From positions 5,539,149 to 5,603,148 of the forward strand of contig MU058213.1 of NCBI GenBank assembly GCA_013265495.1: a DNA stretch of 64,000 nucleotides, read 5' to 3'. The translations under genes were made by a program, and so were the position numbers. The notes under the pieces are model-generated. The model had not been told where the DNA came from. It saw only the letters and a program-made list of their open reading frames with translations, and searched no databases. Shown piece after piece: positions 1-12,245 of this stretch (the first letter of the stretch is position 1; each line of letters begins with the position of its first letter). The stretch is from Vicugna vicugna (Eukaryota).

Positions 1-848
1 GCATAAAAAGTATATAAACTTCACCCACCCAGAGCCTAGCCCAGAAGGATGACAGACTCCTCTCTTTCCTGGTGCTTCTTAAGGGTGTCACTGCTGGCAG
101 AAGTAGTGCTGCCATCACTACTGTTGCCATGGTTATGGCTTCTGGACCAGGGGACTGGCTGATCCTCGGCCCAGCTCTTCCTCCTCACTATTATCAACTC
201 AGCAGGAGGCTTCCTTATTCCCCGGTCCATTTGGTATTTGGCTGGAATACTGGAGAGCACATAGCTTTCTGTGGAACTTCATGACCCTTCTGTAGGTCCT
301 TCATGACCCTAATGTTGATTAGGACACAAAGTCTTGGGCTAGTGGGAAAGTTAAAACAGTGTGCGAGGCTTACCAAGACGATCATCCTAGTAATTGGCGT
401 GAGGATCATCCCCTTCATCTTTTGTCTGCAGAGGGTCTACAGTGACTGCTTGAGAGCTCAGGGCAAATACCTAGCCCATGACTGGGAAGTGAAAAGGACA
501 GTACAATGTGTATTTGATGTGTAACCTTAATCACTAATTCACCTTATTTTTCCCATCCTTACCTCCCCTACCTACATTTTCTTTTTAACGTCTTGCATTA
601 TTTGTATCTTTTTAAGGTGTCTTAAATTTTTCTGAAGCAGGACTAAATATAAAGAAAGTAAAAGCATATCCCTCGGAAATCCACTTGATGTTTTTGCTAT
701 TAGCACGGGAGGAAAAAAGGAAAAATGCTCTTCTGGCCAGCAAGGGAAAACTGCATAATGCAAAGCACCTAGAACACATACTGTGTAAAAGTCAAATGGA
801 ATAATTTAAGCATATATTTTCTGTTGAAGAAAAAAGTATATGTACATG

Positions 849-956
849 GTGCTTGGTTTGGCAGCCTGTATTACTAAAACTGGAATGATACAGAGAAGAT
901 TAGCCTGGCACCTGCTCAAGAATGATACGCAAATTCATGAAACATCCCGTATTTTT
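849..956 (+). pseudogene. U6 snRNA retropseudogene (full length, diverged)
   Basis: GTGCTTGGTTTGGCAGC...GATACAGAGAAGATTAGCCTGGCACCTGCTCAAGAATGATACGCAAATTCATGAAACATCCCGTATTTTT aligns end to end with U6 at roughly 80-85% identity by eye. The ACAGAGA box (890-896) is retained, many CpGs have decayed, and it is fused directly to an L1 3' end. Confidence 0.95.
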
Positions 957-1289
957 AGATGTTGGTCAAAGGGTACAAAGTCCCAGTGAAAGAACGAATG
1001 AGGTCTGTCGACCTGATGCACAGCGTGGTGACTATAATTAACAATACTGTGTTATATACTTGATAGTTTTTAAGAAAGTAGATCTTAAATGTTATCACCA
1101 GACACACACAAAAAATGTAATTATGTCAAGGAATAGGGATGTCAACTAATCTTATTGTGGTAATCATTTTACCATGTGTACGTAAATCTAATCATCACAT
1201 TGTACACCTTAAACTTGCATGTGTTATATATATCAATAATATCTCAGTAAAGCTGGGGGAAAATTGTCTCAACTACATGGAAAAAAAAA
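957..1289 (+). mobile_element. L1 3' UTR end (old L1MA/L1MB type) fused to U6, with A tail
   Basis: Typical L1 3' terminus: GGTCAAAGGGTACAAAG...GTAGATCTTAAATGTT...CACATTGTACACCTTAAAC...TATCTCAGTAAAGCTGGGGGAAAA, followed by an A run at 1281-1289. Confidence 0.9.
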
Positions 1290-1859
1290 TATATATATAT
1301 GATTGGGTTCAAGAAAACTGAATTTCTAGTACAATGGAGGGATAAGACCATGACATTCTAAATTCACAAAGCCCCTGAATAATTAGGAGACTGCCACGGG
1401 AAGTCACTCACACAAGAAATTTGGGCAGTCTCGTAAAGAGTAGGGTGGGCTGTGTTTACACACCATACCATCAGGGAGGTGCTTAGTGGGTTCTGAACCC
1501 CAGTTTCTTGCACACAGTAGAAGCTTTACAAGTATCTGCTGAATAAATGGAAAAGATAAGTTTAAAAAAACCCCAAAGATTATTATGTCGTGCTAAGTAA
1601 ATTCACAGATAATCTTCAAATTAACCCAAGTAGAAATGATTTAGCAGCACCCAGAAAAGCGGATGCTATAAAGGGTTTTTAGTCCTTTTAATACTCTGAA
1701 CAACCCTCTGAGGTAGATGTTTTTATCTCCACTTGTTTTAAGGTGAGGTTAAGGAAGGTTAAGTCATTTTGTGCTAGGCCATATAACCGGTATGTGAAAG
1801 ACTCAGGATTTCAGCTCAGAGCTGATTCTAAAAACAGACTATTCCCTCAGTCTCCTCTG

Positions 1860-2005
1860 ATACTTCCCAAGCTCTTCTCACATTAAGAACACAAATCTGA
1901 GGCCCCATCCAAGACACACTGAATCAGAATCTCCGGGGAGGGCCTTGGAAACATGTTTAACAAGAGATGAGATTATTATTATCAGGGAAGTTTAAGAAAA
2001 CTGCT
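1860..2005. mobile_element. MER5-type hAT-Charlie element
   Basis: GAGGCCCCATCCAAGACACACTGAATCAGAATCTCCGGGG...TTTAACAAG...AAGTTTAAGAAAACTGC is a MER5 signature. Confidence 0.65.
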
Positions 2006-3229
2006 CTGTTGTATTAGGTGGGAAATGGACTCATCTCTCCCTCTGACTGATCAAACAGAAGCCATGAGAGATTTGAAGCTCCTGCAACTAAAAATAAATC
2101 ATGTTACCCTGGAGTTTATCAGATTATAATAGTATAGGATAATTATTCCTCGGTTTGGTAATATAGCATTGTCTGATTTAAGGTTATCTGGACCCAGAAA
2201 TACCAAGACCATCTTGGAAAGTTAAAAACGGGGTCTAGTTTAAACCTCAGACTTTCTTAGCTTTCCTCTCTGTCCCTCTTTGGTCCTTAGGAGCAGGCAT
2301 GAGTGAGAATTAGATTGCAGTTCCTAGCAGCTGTAACAGATGCAGAGGTCCCAGCTGGGCAGGGGCTGGAAGGCAGCTAGAAGGAGAACCGCAGGCTGAG
2401 GAGCAGTCCTCGTGTCTGGATGCCCACCAGATGGCTTTCATTGGATGCGCAAGTTACACGATCCAGGAAGTAGAAAACCCAGCATTGCTTCAGTTTGTTT
2501 TTCTTAGTTTCAGTTTTTCCAGGCCTGATGAGAAGAAGAGCCAGGCCAACTAAGCCTCCGCTCCAATACCCGTTATGGGCGCAAACAACTTATCTGTGCA
2601 GCCTAAACACTTACTTAATTAAGTGGAAAGAAAGGCAGTGATTCCTGACAGGGCTGAATTTAAGTCAAGTTGTGAAACTCCACAGTGCAGCCAGAAGCAG
2701 AGACGGACGAGTTGAGCTGAAACCTGGGAACACGTAAGGGGCATTGGACCACTGCCTCTCAGCCATTTTATTGTAAGTCATTCGCATTATGTGAGAGAGA
2801 AATCTGAGACGTGGTTAGAGAAAAGGATGGAACTGATTACTCGCATTTTGGGCATAGATCTTTGTCTTAAGAACTTGCTTTATGTGCTGTTGCCAAGAAA
2901 CTTGTTTTGAATGCTATTTCCAGGCACGATGTCTATAAAAGCAGATAATTACATTTATGTACATAATTGTACATATATGTACAATTACATTCTACATATA
3001 ATAAGCTAATATGCTTTAATATAGTTCTATTCCTGAGTGTTCTTGACCTCATTTACTCTTCATAACAACTCTGTGAAGTTGGTACTCTTATTAACACGAT
3101 TTTACAGTTAAGGTACCTGGGCCTCGTCACAGAATCATTAAGTAAGTAGCAGAAAGTCCTCAGTTCATAGCTGAGAACCCACCTCACAGCAGTACATCAT
3201 CTGCATCCCAGTGGACTCCAGATAATTAG

Positions 3230-4527
3230 GCCATTCATTTCTTGAAAACCAAATTCCCACACTGGATTAAAATAGAAGACCCAACAACATGTTTGTTGCT
3301 TAAAGATAGGTATCCATAACAAAAAGATGCAGAATGCTAAAAACAAAAAAAGTCTTATCAAGGAAACTCACACAACAAAAAGAAAATAAAGTCCTATAAG
3401 TAGATTTTGAAGCCAAAAAAGTGGAAGGAGGATGCTAGGAGGCTCCTGATTACAGTGAAAAATATTAAATCCACAGTGAAGACATGGATTACCAAAATTA
3501 TAAATGCAAAGAGAAAAAGAATAAATAAAAAACTATTGTAATGGGAGGTGTTAATTCACTATCAGACTAAGACAAAATTTAGACAATCTTACAAATTAAA
3601 GAAAATTAACAGACAAACATTTAGAAGACATTGAAGATCTGACAAAAATAGATATACATCTGAAAAATAACATGGACATTATGAATATTATAAAATTAAT
3701 ATGTTAGAACCAGTAGACATACTGAACTCAATAACAACATAGACTATATGTTTTTTTTCAGTGTATGGGGCAGTGGTGCATATATACTGACTCTCAAATA
3801 AGGCTCCAAAAATAAATCAAGATAAATAAATATGTCTATATACAAATTATACAGATATATTTTCTCACCAAAACGCAATAAAACTAAGTGTTAATGATAT
3901 AAGTAAACACAATGAAAGGAGGCTTGGGCAAAATAGCGTTCTAATCTACAGCTTTGGAGGCAGACAGTTCATTATTTGGACTATAGCTTCATCTCTTACT
4001 GCTGTGTGACCTAGGCAGTTTATTGAACCTCTCTGAACCTTGGACTTTGCATCTAAAAATGTGGCTCTACTTTGAAAAGTTGTTATGAATATTACCTATA
4101 AAGTATGTAAAATAATATGATATGAAGACTTGAAGGCTAAAACCATAGATCACACAATATGACGTCATATTTTTAATATACTCATACTTTGTTTAACCAG
4201 GAAAAAAATCCAGACTTTCTGCCGATTGAAAGCACAAGTCTAGAAAATATGCATTTAAGTGCTAACAATGATTATCTCTATGCTTTGAAATTTTAGGTGA
4301 TTTTTATCTTGCTTTATTTTTCTACTCTGAAAATACAGTGAGTGCACAATAAAACAATAATGAATATAAAAATAAATATGAACGCTTCTTCAGAATATAG
4401 AACAAGAAGAAAATAAACATAATATACTGAGTATCCTATAGGTAGGTCGTAGTTGCTGCAAACATGCAGCCTGTTTCACTTGTTGCCACTGTCATCTTCA
4501 TTACTGTAAATTCTAGAATACTTTCAT

Positions 4528-4561
<34 letters not shown>

Positions 4562-6100
4562 CACACAATACATATAATATATATTATAAATAAAATATAA
4601 ATTTAAATAGAAATTAATTATAAATTTAAATATAGACTATATAAATTAATTTAAATATAGAGTATATGAATTTATGTTTATTATATATAATTTATACTAC
4701 ATATAATATATACTATAACTGTACTATATAGTGTATATATAAAATACAATATTGGGATAACTGGCAATTTGAATATGGACAATAGAATTAGAAAATCATA
4801 TTTATCAATACAGAATTTTCCTTTTTTTTAATGGTTAAAATTTTCTGATTTTTATAAGGAAAAAAATGACTATCTCAGGAAATATACATTGAAGTATTCA
4901 GGTATGTATGTACATCAGTAACTTATTCTCAAATGGTTCAGAAAAAAATTCTATATGGAGAGCAAATGAGTGATACAGCAATCGGGGGAAACAGAAACAA
5001 ACAAAATATAAAAAATGGTGAATCTGGGTAAAGAATGTACAGAAGGTTTTTACACTAGTCTTTTAATATTTCTGCAAGTTTAAAATTATGCACAAATAAA
5101 AATTTACAATAACAACAAATAAATGGGTGACAACTTCTAACAACAGCAACAAAAATTCTCAACAACAGGATCAAGTAGAAAATTAAGAACATGAAAATAA
5201 TTTTTGAAATATTATAAAACTGAAAATACCGCCTATCAAAAGTGAGGGGGGTGGACAAACCAAGGCTCAGAGGCAAAGGTGCAGATGTGCTTTTATGTTA
5301 GAAGTAAATGAACTAAGCATTGGATTTAAAATCTTATAAAAGGAAGATGTCAACACAAGAGAAAATACAATAAAATAATGAAGATTAAGGACAGAAATAA
5401 ACTAGGCAACAGAAAATTGGTAGAAATAATAAATATATTTAAATGCTCATTCTCTGAAAAGAGTGTAAGATAGACTAAAACCCCTGGAAATATAATAAAT
5501 AAAAGGTATAAATCAACAAAATTAAAAATAAAACTGGTGATTTATTTAACTATTGCTATAAATGATTTTAAAATATAAGTGACTGCCATGCACAGTTTAT
5601 GACAATCAATTCAAAATGTTTAGCCAAATGGACAATATAAAATATAAAATTAGCAAAATCAGATAATAAAGACATGAAAATAATGATGGAGAAGGAAATT
5701 GAGAAAGTTACTAAAGAAATACCTTAGCCACCAAAAGAAATACGGTTAAACAAATTTACTGAATAATATTTCTATGACTTCAAGAAACAGATTTTTCCAT
5801 GTTACAGTCCGTTCCAAAGCACAGAGAAACAAGACCTGATCCCCAATTCATTATGAGATAAACATCATCCTCATCCTCAGATTTGTGAAAAGTATCACAC
5901 GTACACACACATAAACACACAGTCCTAGGATGGTGAATATGCACATGTGCCAATTCCAATACGACGGGTCTGAAAAAATTAGAAGTGGACTCAGGCGCAT
6001 AGCAGCTTTTCCAAAAATAGTTGTTAGATAAGTGAATAAATGAATAATAGGTATATGAATAAAGAGATTAATATAGGTCAATTAGCATTGTCTACTGAGG
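3230..6100 (+). mobile_element. Ancient degraded L1M ORF2 fragments, interrupted by a MIR (~3930-4110), an AT microsatellite and another L1 3' end (~4750-5110)
   Basis: A-rich + strand with ORF2-like remnants (CTGGATTAAA...GACCCAAC; CTTCAAGAAACAGATTTTTCCATGTTAC; CCCAATTCATTATGAG). No open frame. Boundaries are approximate. Confidence 0.7.
4530..4745. repeat. (CT)n-(AT)n microsatellite and AT-rich low-complexity tract with a 25-bp imperfect tandem duplication (4623-4672)
   Basis: Direct reading: AATTTAAATATAGACTATATAAATT / AATTTAAATATAGAGTATATGAATT. Confidence 0.9.
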
Positions 6101-6372
6101 GCATGAAAGGCAGGAATGGCTTGTACAAATCATCTGTCTGCTAACTTTTACCAGGCATCTCACCATGTCAGCCCCAATGAGCAGAGGCGGAAAAATCATT
6201 TTTAATTGAGCTCACAGAATGCAGCTATAACAAGAGCACAGGGTGACCCAAAAAGGTAAACTCTAGGAATGTGAAAGAGTGCTACAAATCACAGAATACC
6301 TTTCACAGAATTGCTTTTGGGGTGCGGGGTGATATTTAAAAGAAAAATTGAAGAAATGAAGACACTAAGGAC

Positions 6373-6873
6373 TGGAGGGTGGCCATATACACTATCCCAA
6401 AATATGCCACTTTGGTGTAAGGATTGTTTTGAGTTACGGGCACTCGAAAAACAGCAGATGCTTGAAGGGCATTCTAATCACCCCTTTTCTCCCTAAAACA
6501 GCAGATAAAAACTCCCATGTGGAATATGCCCTCTCAGTATCAGGAGAAAAGAAATATTTTTCAATGGGGAATCAAAGCAGGGAGAATTCTGTACCAACAG
6601 ACCTTGTTAAAATAATTTTTATCTTCCTTTAGTCTCTCTGCATAATATAGTTACTTTTTCCACAGTGGCCTCTCTTTGTTCAACCCAGTATAAAAGCATG
6701 TTAAGTTTCACCATTTATTTAGGTCTTTATTTTCTTGTGAGGGCTCGCCTGTCATGTAACACTTAGATAAATTGATATGCTTTTCTTTTGTTAGTCTGTC
6801 TTGTGTCAGTTTAATTCTCAGGTCCTGCCAAAAACTCCTAAGAGGATAAAGGGAAAACTATACCTCCCCTACA
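6373..6873 (+). mobile_element. Solo ERV1-class LTR, MER34-like
   Basis: TG...CA termini (TGGAGGG...CCCCTACA), CCCAAAATATGCCACTTTGGTGTAAGGATTGTTTTGAG 5' motif, internal TATAAAA, near-identical 4-bp flanks GGAC/GGAT. Confidence 0.8.
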
Positions 6874-6879
6874 GGATGT

Positions 6880-9260
6880 TTCTGAAGGAAAAGACTGATG
6901 AATCTGACTATGTGAAAATTTTTAATTTTGTTCAACAAAAGATTCATAAGCAATGTCAAAACACAATGCAAACTAGGAAAAGACTTTTTTTTACTGAAAA
7001 ACACTAATGAACTGCTAGAAAGATCGGCAAAAGATGGGAACAAGCATTGTACAGCAGAGAAAATCTGAATGACCAATGGCACGTATAAAAAGATGTTCAA
7101 CCTTACCGGTAATCAGAAAGATGAAAATTAAAACAATGAGATTCCATTTTACTTCCTTCAAACTGGTGAGAATGAAATAATCTCATACTATCACGTGCTG
7201 GTGATAATGTGGAAAAATTAGAGAAACATTCACATTTTGTTGATGGTGTGTTCATTAGTGTAACTATTTTGCAGAATAAATTGCCAGTATCTAGCAACAC
7301 CAGAGAGAGACATATCTCACAACCCAGCAATTTCACTTCTAGGAGTAAACTCCAGAAGCTCACTTGTGGAAAATGCAAGTCCATTGTAACATTGTTTGTA
7401 AAAGTAAAAACCAAACACAAAAAAAGTAAACCACACAAATATCCATCAACAGGATAAACAATTTGTGATATACCCATATATTGGACGATTTAGAGCAGTT
7501 TTATCAAGAGATAAATGTCAAAAATATAAGACTGAGTGAAAAAACAAGCTGCAAGTAAGCCTAATAAGTTGTAAACATATAAAATAATGCTCTATATTTA
7601 TAGCCACATACCTATGTTGCAAACGTATACAAACGTAGATGAGAATCCTAGGCACCAAGTCAGGATGCAGTTGCCTCTGAAGAGGAGGAAACAAAATGAG
7701 AACAGGTACACAGGTATACAATTATTCTATTTCTTAACAAAAATAGGAAACATATACAGCAAAATATTAGGATCTGATGGATCTGGGTGGCAAGGTGGTA
7801 CTCACAAATATTCATTATATTGTGTTTGAAACTATTAAAAAATTTTAATGAGCATCCAAATTTTAAAAATATATAAAAATATATAAACTACTATATAAAA
7901 TACATAAACACCGTTTTCAGGTAATTCATAAAGAGAGAAAATAGCCAATAAAAACGGAGGTGATGATAAATTCAACTTTAACTCACTAGTAAAAAAAAAA
8001 TTAAAATATACACATACCATTTCAGCTTATCAATTGAGCATGAAAGTTTAGAAATGTTAATAGTTAATATTAACAAGAAGGAAGATAAGGTGGGAGGGTG
8101 AGCACACACATTCACTGCTGATGAGGACTTAAAATGATATATTTACTTAACATGGCAGTATACGTGAAAAGGCAAAAAACATATGTACATATATTTATAA
8201 CCTTCGCCTCAGCAATTCCACTTTAAGAAATTTAAGCAAAGGAAGTGATCAGAAATGGGGATCAAGATTTATGCTTAAGTATGTTTATACCAGCACTGTT
8301 AATAATAGCAGTATCTTAAGACACATGAGAGATAATAAAAAATAGAGGATTAAGCCAACAATGCTACATCTATAGAGTGCAATATGTCACAGCTGTTTCA
8401 AACAATATTTTAAGAGCATCTAATGCCACTGAAATATGTCATTAATATGTTGCTAAGACAAGTTATTAAAGAGTTTGTACAGTATGCTTGCAGTTGCTTT
8501 GCTTTTAAAAAAAATAAACACATAAACAGGAAAATAGTTTGGAGGAATCAGTGATAAGTCAGCAGTGCTTATCTCTGCATAGTGGAGTTATGGATCCTCT
8601 TTGCCATGTTCTTATTTTTCAATAATACACATTTATTGATTTTATAATAGAAAAAGTTATTAAAAATAAAGCATTTACCAAAATAAGCTTTGGTTGGTTA
8701 AAGATTTGACTACAAAATCTAATTATGGAAGAACTTGCAGAAAATTGGAAAAAAAGTGTTGATCACCTCTCTGGAGGAATTTTAACCTTCTCAGCTTTGA
8801 GGCTATTTAAATGATTGCACCACAAAAAAACAAACAAACAAAAAACACTGCTAAAGATTTTTTGAAAGAGGAAAAATATTTCTATCAAACATTACAAAGA
8901 ATTAAGATCTATCAAAAATAGCTAATTCAAATTTGTTAAATAAAAGTCAAGATTCCAAAAGATACATAGGTAAAAGACAGGACCATTCCCATAAGGGAAA
9001 AACAGGAGACAAACAGTGGGGAAATGTTCATTCTCACTAGAAATCAAAGAAATGTAAATGAAAGCATTCTGGAGATGACAATTGACATATTCTAAAAGAA
9101 TCCCCCGCAAAAAGTTGAATGCTAATATCCAATGATGGTGAAGCTGCCCAGAAATTGACTCATACGTTTATTTATAGCTGTATGGTTCCCACCCTTTAGC
9201 CAGAAATGTTACCACTAAGAATTTATTCTTAAGAAATAATTTGGCAAAAGCAGAAAGGTC
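6880..9260 (+). mobile_element. Stack of ancient L1M (L1MC/MD/ME-type) ORF2-end and 3' UTR fragments
   Basis: Repeated L1 ORF2 C-terminal remnants (AAAAGATGTTCAACCTTACCGGTAATCAGAAAGATGAAAATTAAAACAATGAGA; CCCAGCAATTTCACTTCTAGGA; CAGCAATTCCACTTTAAGAAATTTA). At least three separate pieces. Confidence 0.75.
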
Positions 9261-9747
9261 CCTCCGCATCCTCCTGACTTCTACATGTTGCAACTCTCAG
9301 GGCTCATTCCTTTGACATCTTCTCTTTTCTGTCCTCTCACACTGTTCGGAGGATCTCACCCGTATATCCAGAGCTCTCTCCTTGTGGGTCTTCAGGGAGA
9401 AAACAGACCCAAGCAGAGATTTCTCTTGGGGGTTGGAGGATTTTGAAGGCAGTTCTAGGGCTCTGAACTCAGTCAAAGGTAGGGGCAGTGAAGACAGGAG
9501 GGGCCAGCAAAAAGGGTCAAAGAGATGCCTAAAATAAGCTTCACTGTAAAATTCCTTACATTGTTTATAATTAAACATCCCAGGCTTTATCTGCTAGGGA
9601 GTAAGAGTGAGGTCCTCAGGAATTTTCTCATTGCAGCAGCCCTCAGGCCACCAGATCTCAGCTACCCTTGACCCCAACCTCCCAAGCCTGCAGAAATGAT
9701 TTTTCTTAGGTAGCCCATTCACATATTGACTTCCTTGCTGAAGTCCA

Positions 9748-10109
9748 CGCAGGGGAGCAAAAGTTGCCACCCCAAAATGTCTCTTGGGCATGCAGATTAT
9801 TTCGAGCTGAAAACAATCAAAGCCCAAAAGACTCAGGAAGAAACTCTGATGCCCCATAACTGCCTAAAAGAATTTATATAGAGGGCCAGTTTCCAGAACA
9901 GTGCTGTCACCAGAGATCTCTGCAAAGAATATGGGCTAATTGTGATGGGCCTGGAGATCAGAGTCTACTCTGTGTCCCACTGTCTCTGTGTGGCCCAGTA
10001 AACCTTTGTTTACCAAACACTTGCTTTTCCATTTGTCTCACGTCAATTTATTTCTTAGACCAGCCAGAAGAACCTCAGAGGGTAGAGGAAAATTTCTTCC
10101 TCCCCAACA
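9748..10109 (+). mobile_element. Solo ERV1-class LTR (MER34-related), internally deleted
   Basis: (C)GCAGGGGAGCAAAAGTTGCCACCCCAAAATGTCTCTTGGGCATGCAGATTATTT...TTCTTCCTCCCCAACA. Collinear with the reverse complement of 54817-55495 except for an internal gap. Confidence 0.8.
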
Positions 10110-11059
10110 CTCATAAACCACTTAAGGTGGGCACCTCAGCACTCCCTCTGTGCTTCTAGGAGAGTCCCGACCTGCTAGGAACCACACCTTTCCCTCTGCC
10201 GGTGGCTGATGGCCACCCCAGGACCCTGTGATGATGACAGATGTCCTGCTCTGAGGTCAGGAAGCAAAATGGCTTGCATCCCCAAATCACCTAACATCTT
10301 TATGTCCCACAAATACACTCACCCCCTTAATACCCCAGTCTGGAGTCTCTAATTCACATGGGTCCTTTTATTGCTTAAGGATGTTTGGACATTTACCCTC
10401 CTTCATTCTCATGACCTTGTGAGGTGAGAATCACAGGTTTCACTATCCCCACTGGAGAAACATCACAGCTTACCCAAGGCAGAAGTGGACTCAAACCCAG
10501 ATCTTCTACCCTCAAATCCACATCACTTTCCATGGCACCAAGTGTGGCCCAAAGTGGCTAGTGCAACACGTACTAACAGTCTACCATTTCTTTGCTCGTT
10601 TATACATCGCATGTGAAAAACGGACAAGGGAAGTTACTTTTCTACCAAGAGTTAAAACAAGCAGTTTTGCTCCAGAGATGATATGATAGCAAAAAGAAAG
10701 AGTCCCTAGAGGCAAGAAGCCCTGTGTAAATCTGACTGTGTTCTCCCAGCCCCAAGATCCCAATTACACACCGGCTGACCTCTGAGATCTAATCATCGCC
10801 ATTTCCTAAGGCATGGAAAGCATGCTTCGCTCTCCAGAGTACCCCCTACCCCCACCCAGCTCAGCCTGACAGTCAGATTAGGTGATAGGAGTGGAATTGT
10901 GGAGTGAAAAATGGCATTCTCCACAGTATCACTCCAGTGGCCATAAATTTAAAGGAAGCCTAGACGCAGCAAGATTTCCCTTTTCCTTTCCCTGAACCTT
11001 GCCTAGAGGTAACCGTCCTTCCCCAGCCCAGCTCATGCAGAGCCAGCGCTTGCTCCACT

Positions 11060-11530
11060 GCCTTCTCCCCTGCAACACGCAGGCCGCTAAGGAAAGGGGA
11101 GGGCGCCTGTGCGGCTCACCTGAACAATCTGGCACTTTCTCAAGGCGTGAGAACTGAAAGCGGGGCCCCGACACGGGTCTCTCTTCCCGGGGCCGCTCGA
11201 GAGAATGAGACTGAGTTTGGTTCAGAAGCCAAGGAAACCTTTCTTCTTTGGTTAGAGAAATGGAGACCTGCTAGTTCACAGTAGAGTCCGCGCTCCCCCG
11301 GCAGGCCCGCAGCGGGGCCGCCTGACAGGGCTGGCGACCGCAGGGAGGGGCGCGGGTCTCACTGCGCAGGCGCAGGCGCAGGTGCGAGGCGCCCCGCGCA
11401 GCGTCGGCACACGGCCCGCGTGCCAGCTTGAACTGCAGCGTCGTGCGCGGGCCTTCTGCACGAGGCTCGCGAGCCCAGGTGACAGGGGCAGCAGTTTCAC
11501 ATCAGGAACTGCGTGTGAGGCCTCTGCACG
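11060..11530. promoter_or_regulatory. Small CpG island with overlapping NRF1-type motifs; candidate upstream promoter
   Basis: Dense CpG and high GC in an otherwise CpG-depleted window. TGCGCAGGCGCAGGCGCA at 11363-11380 and a GC-box-like GAGGGGCGCGG just before it. Confidence 0.7.
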
Positions 11531-12134
11531 AGGCACCCTAAGAGGGAGTGAAACTAGTCTAAGTACAATGGAAAAGAAAAACAAAGATTAGATTTCATTT
11601 TATTACTCAGATTCTATTTTTACTTCATGGGAATTGTTAATGGGCTTTTGCTGACAACAGGGTCAAATCCATGCAGGTATCTTGACCTGGAAACATCCAG
11701 GAATTCCTTTTTGTAGTTCAAGAGATCCTCTCTCCACCCTACGCAAAGGGAGAAAAATAAACTTCCCAAAGGTAGGTTTGCACCAACTACTCTGGAAAGA
11801 GCTGTTTGGTCAATTTTCTCTGGTGCCTGGTACACACTGCCCCCCAGGGCACAGACTTTCAGCCCTTGGACATGACCCCTGGGGTCTGAGGACTCAGACC
11901 AGGGATAGACTTACCAGTGAGTTCCTAGTCCTGACTCCTGAAAGTCACCTCTCCAGGCGGTGGGTCCTGTCCCCAGCTCTCCTGGAAGGACCCCCTCTGA
12001 GGGCCTTTCTCATATTAGAGTCCATTTTCTCTGCCACTGACCTGAGAAAAGGAGCCACATTTTTTCAGTTTAAATTCAGGGTGATGGGAATCACTCAAAA
12101 AACAAGAAAGCAAATTTTTTTTTTTTGGAGAGTG

Positions 12135-12245
12135 CTTTTTAAAATTATTTTATTTAATTTATTTTTTAACAGTGGTACTGGGGATTGAACCCAGGACCTC
12201 ATGCATGCTAACCACGTGCTCTACCACTGAGCTATACCCTCCCCC
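12135..12245 (-). mobile_element. Camelid tRNA-Ala-derived SINE (vic-1 type)
   Basis: The reverse complement reads GGGGGAGGGTATAGCTCAGTGGTAGAGCACGTGGTTAGCATGCATGAGGTCCTGGGTTCAATCCCCAGTACC plus an A-rich tail, with A and B boxes. TSD TGGAGAGTG at 12126-12134 and 12246-12254. Confidence 0.9.

Noticed and set aside
849..956. Functional U6 snRNA gene
   Set aside because: About 18 substitutions and an indel, no evident U6 promoter, and fusion to an L1 tail indicate a retrocopy.
6373..10109. Two LTRs as the ends of one provirus
   Set aside because: They are different MER34-related subtypes, and the sequence between them is old L1 rather than gag/pol/env.
11276..12188. ORFs over and after the CpG island (102, 69, 168 aa)
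   Set aside because: No recognisable domain. GC-rich DNA is stop-poor, and the 168-aa ORF runs into a SINE tail.
12170..12245. tRNA-Ala gene (also at the other four SINE copies)
   Set aside because: The tRNA-like body has an A-rich tail, most copies have TSDs, and it recurs five times with divergence, so it is a SINE.
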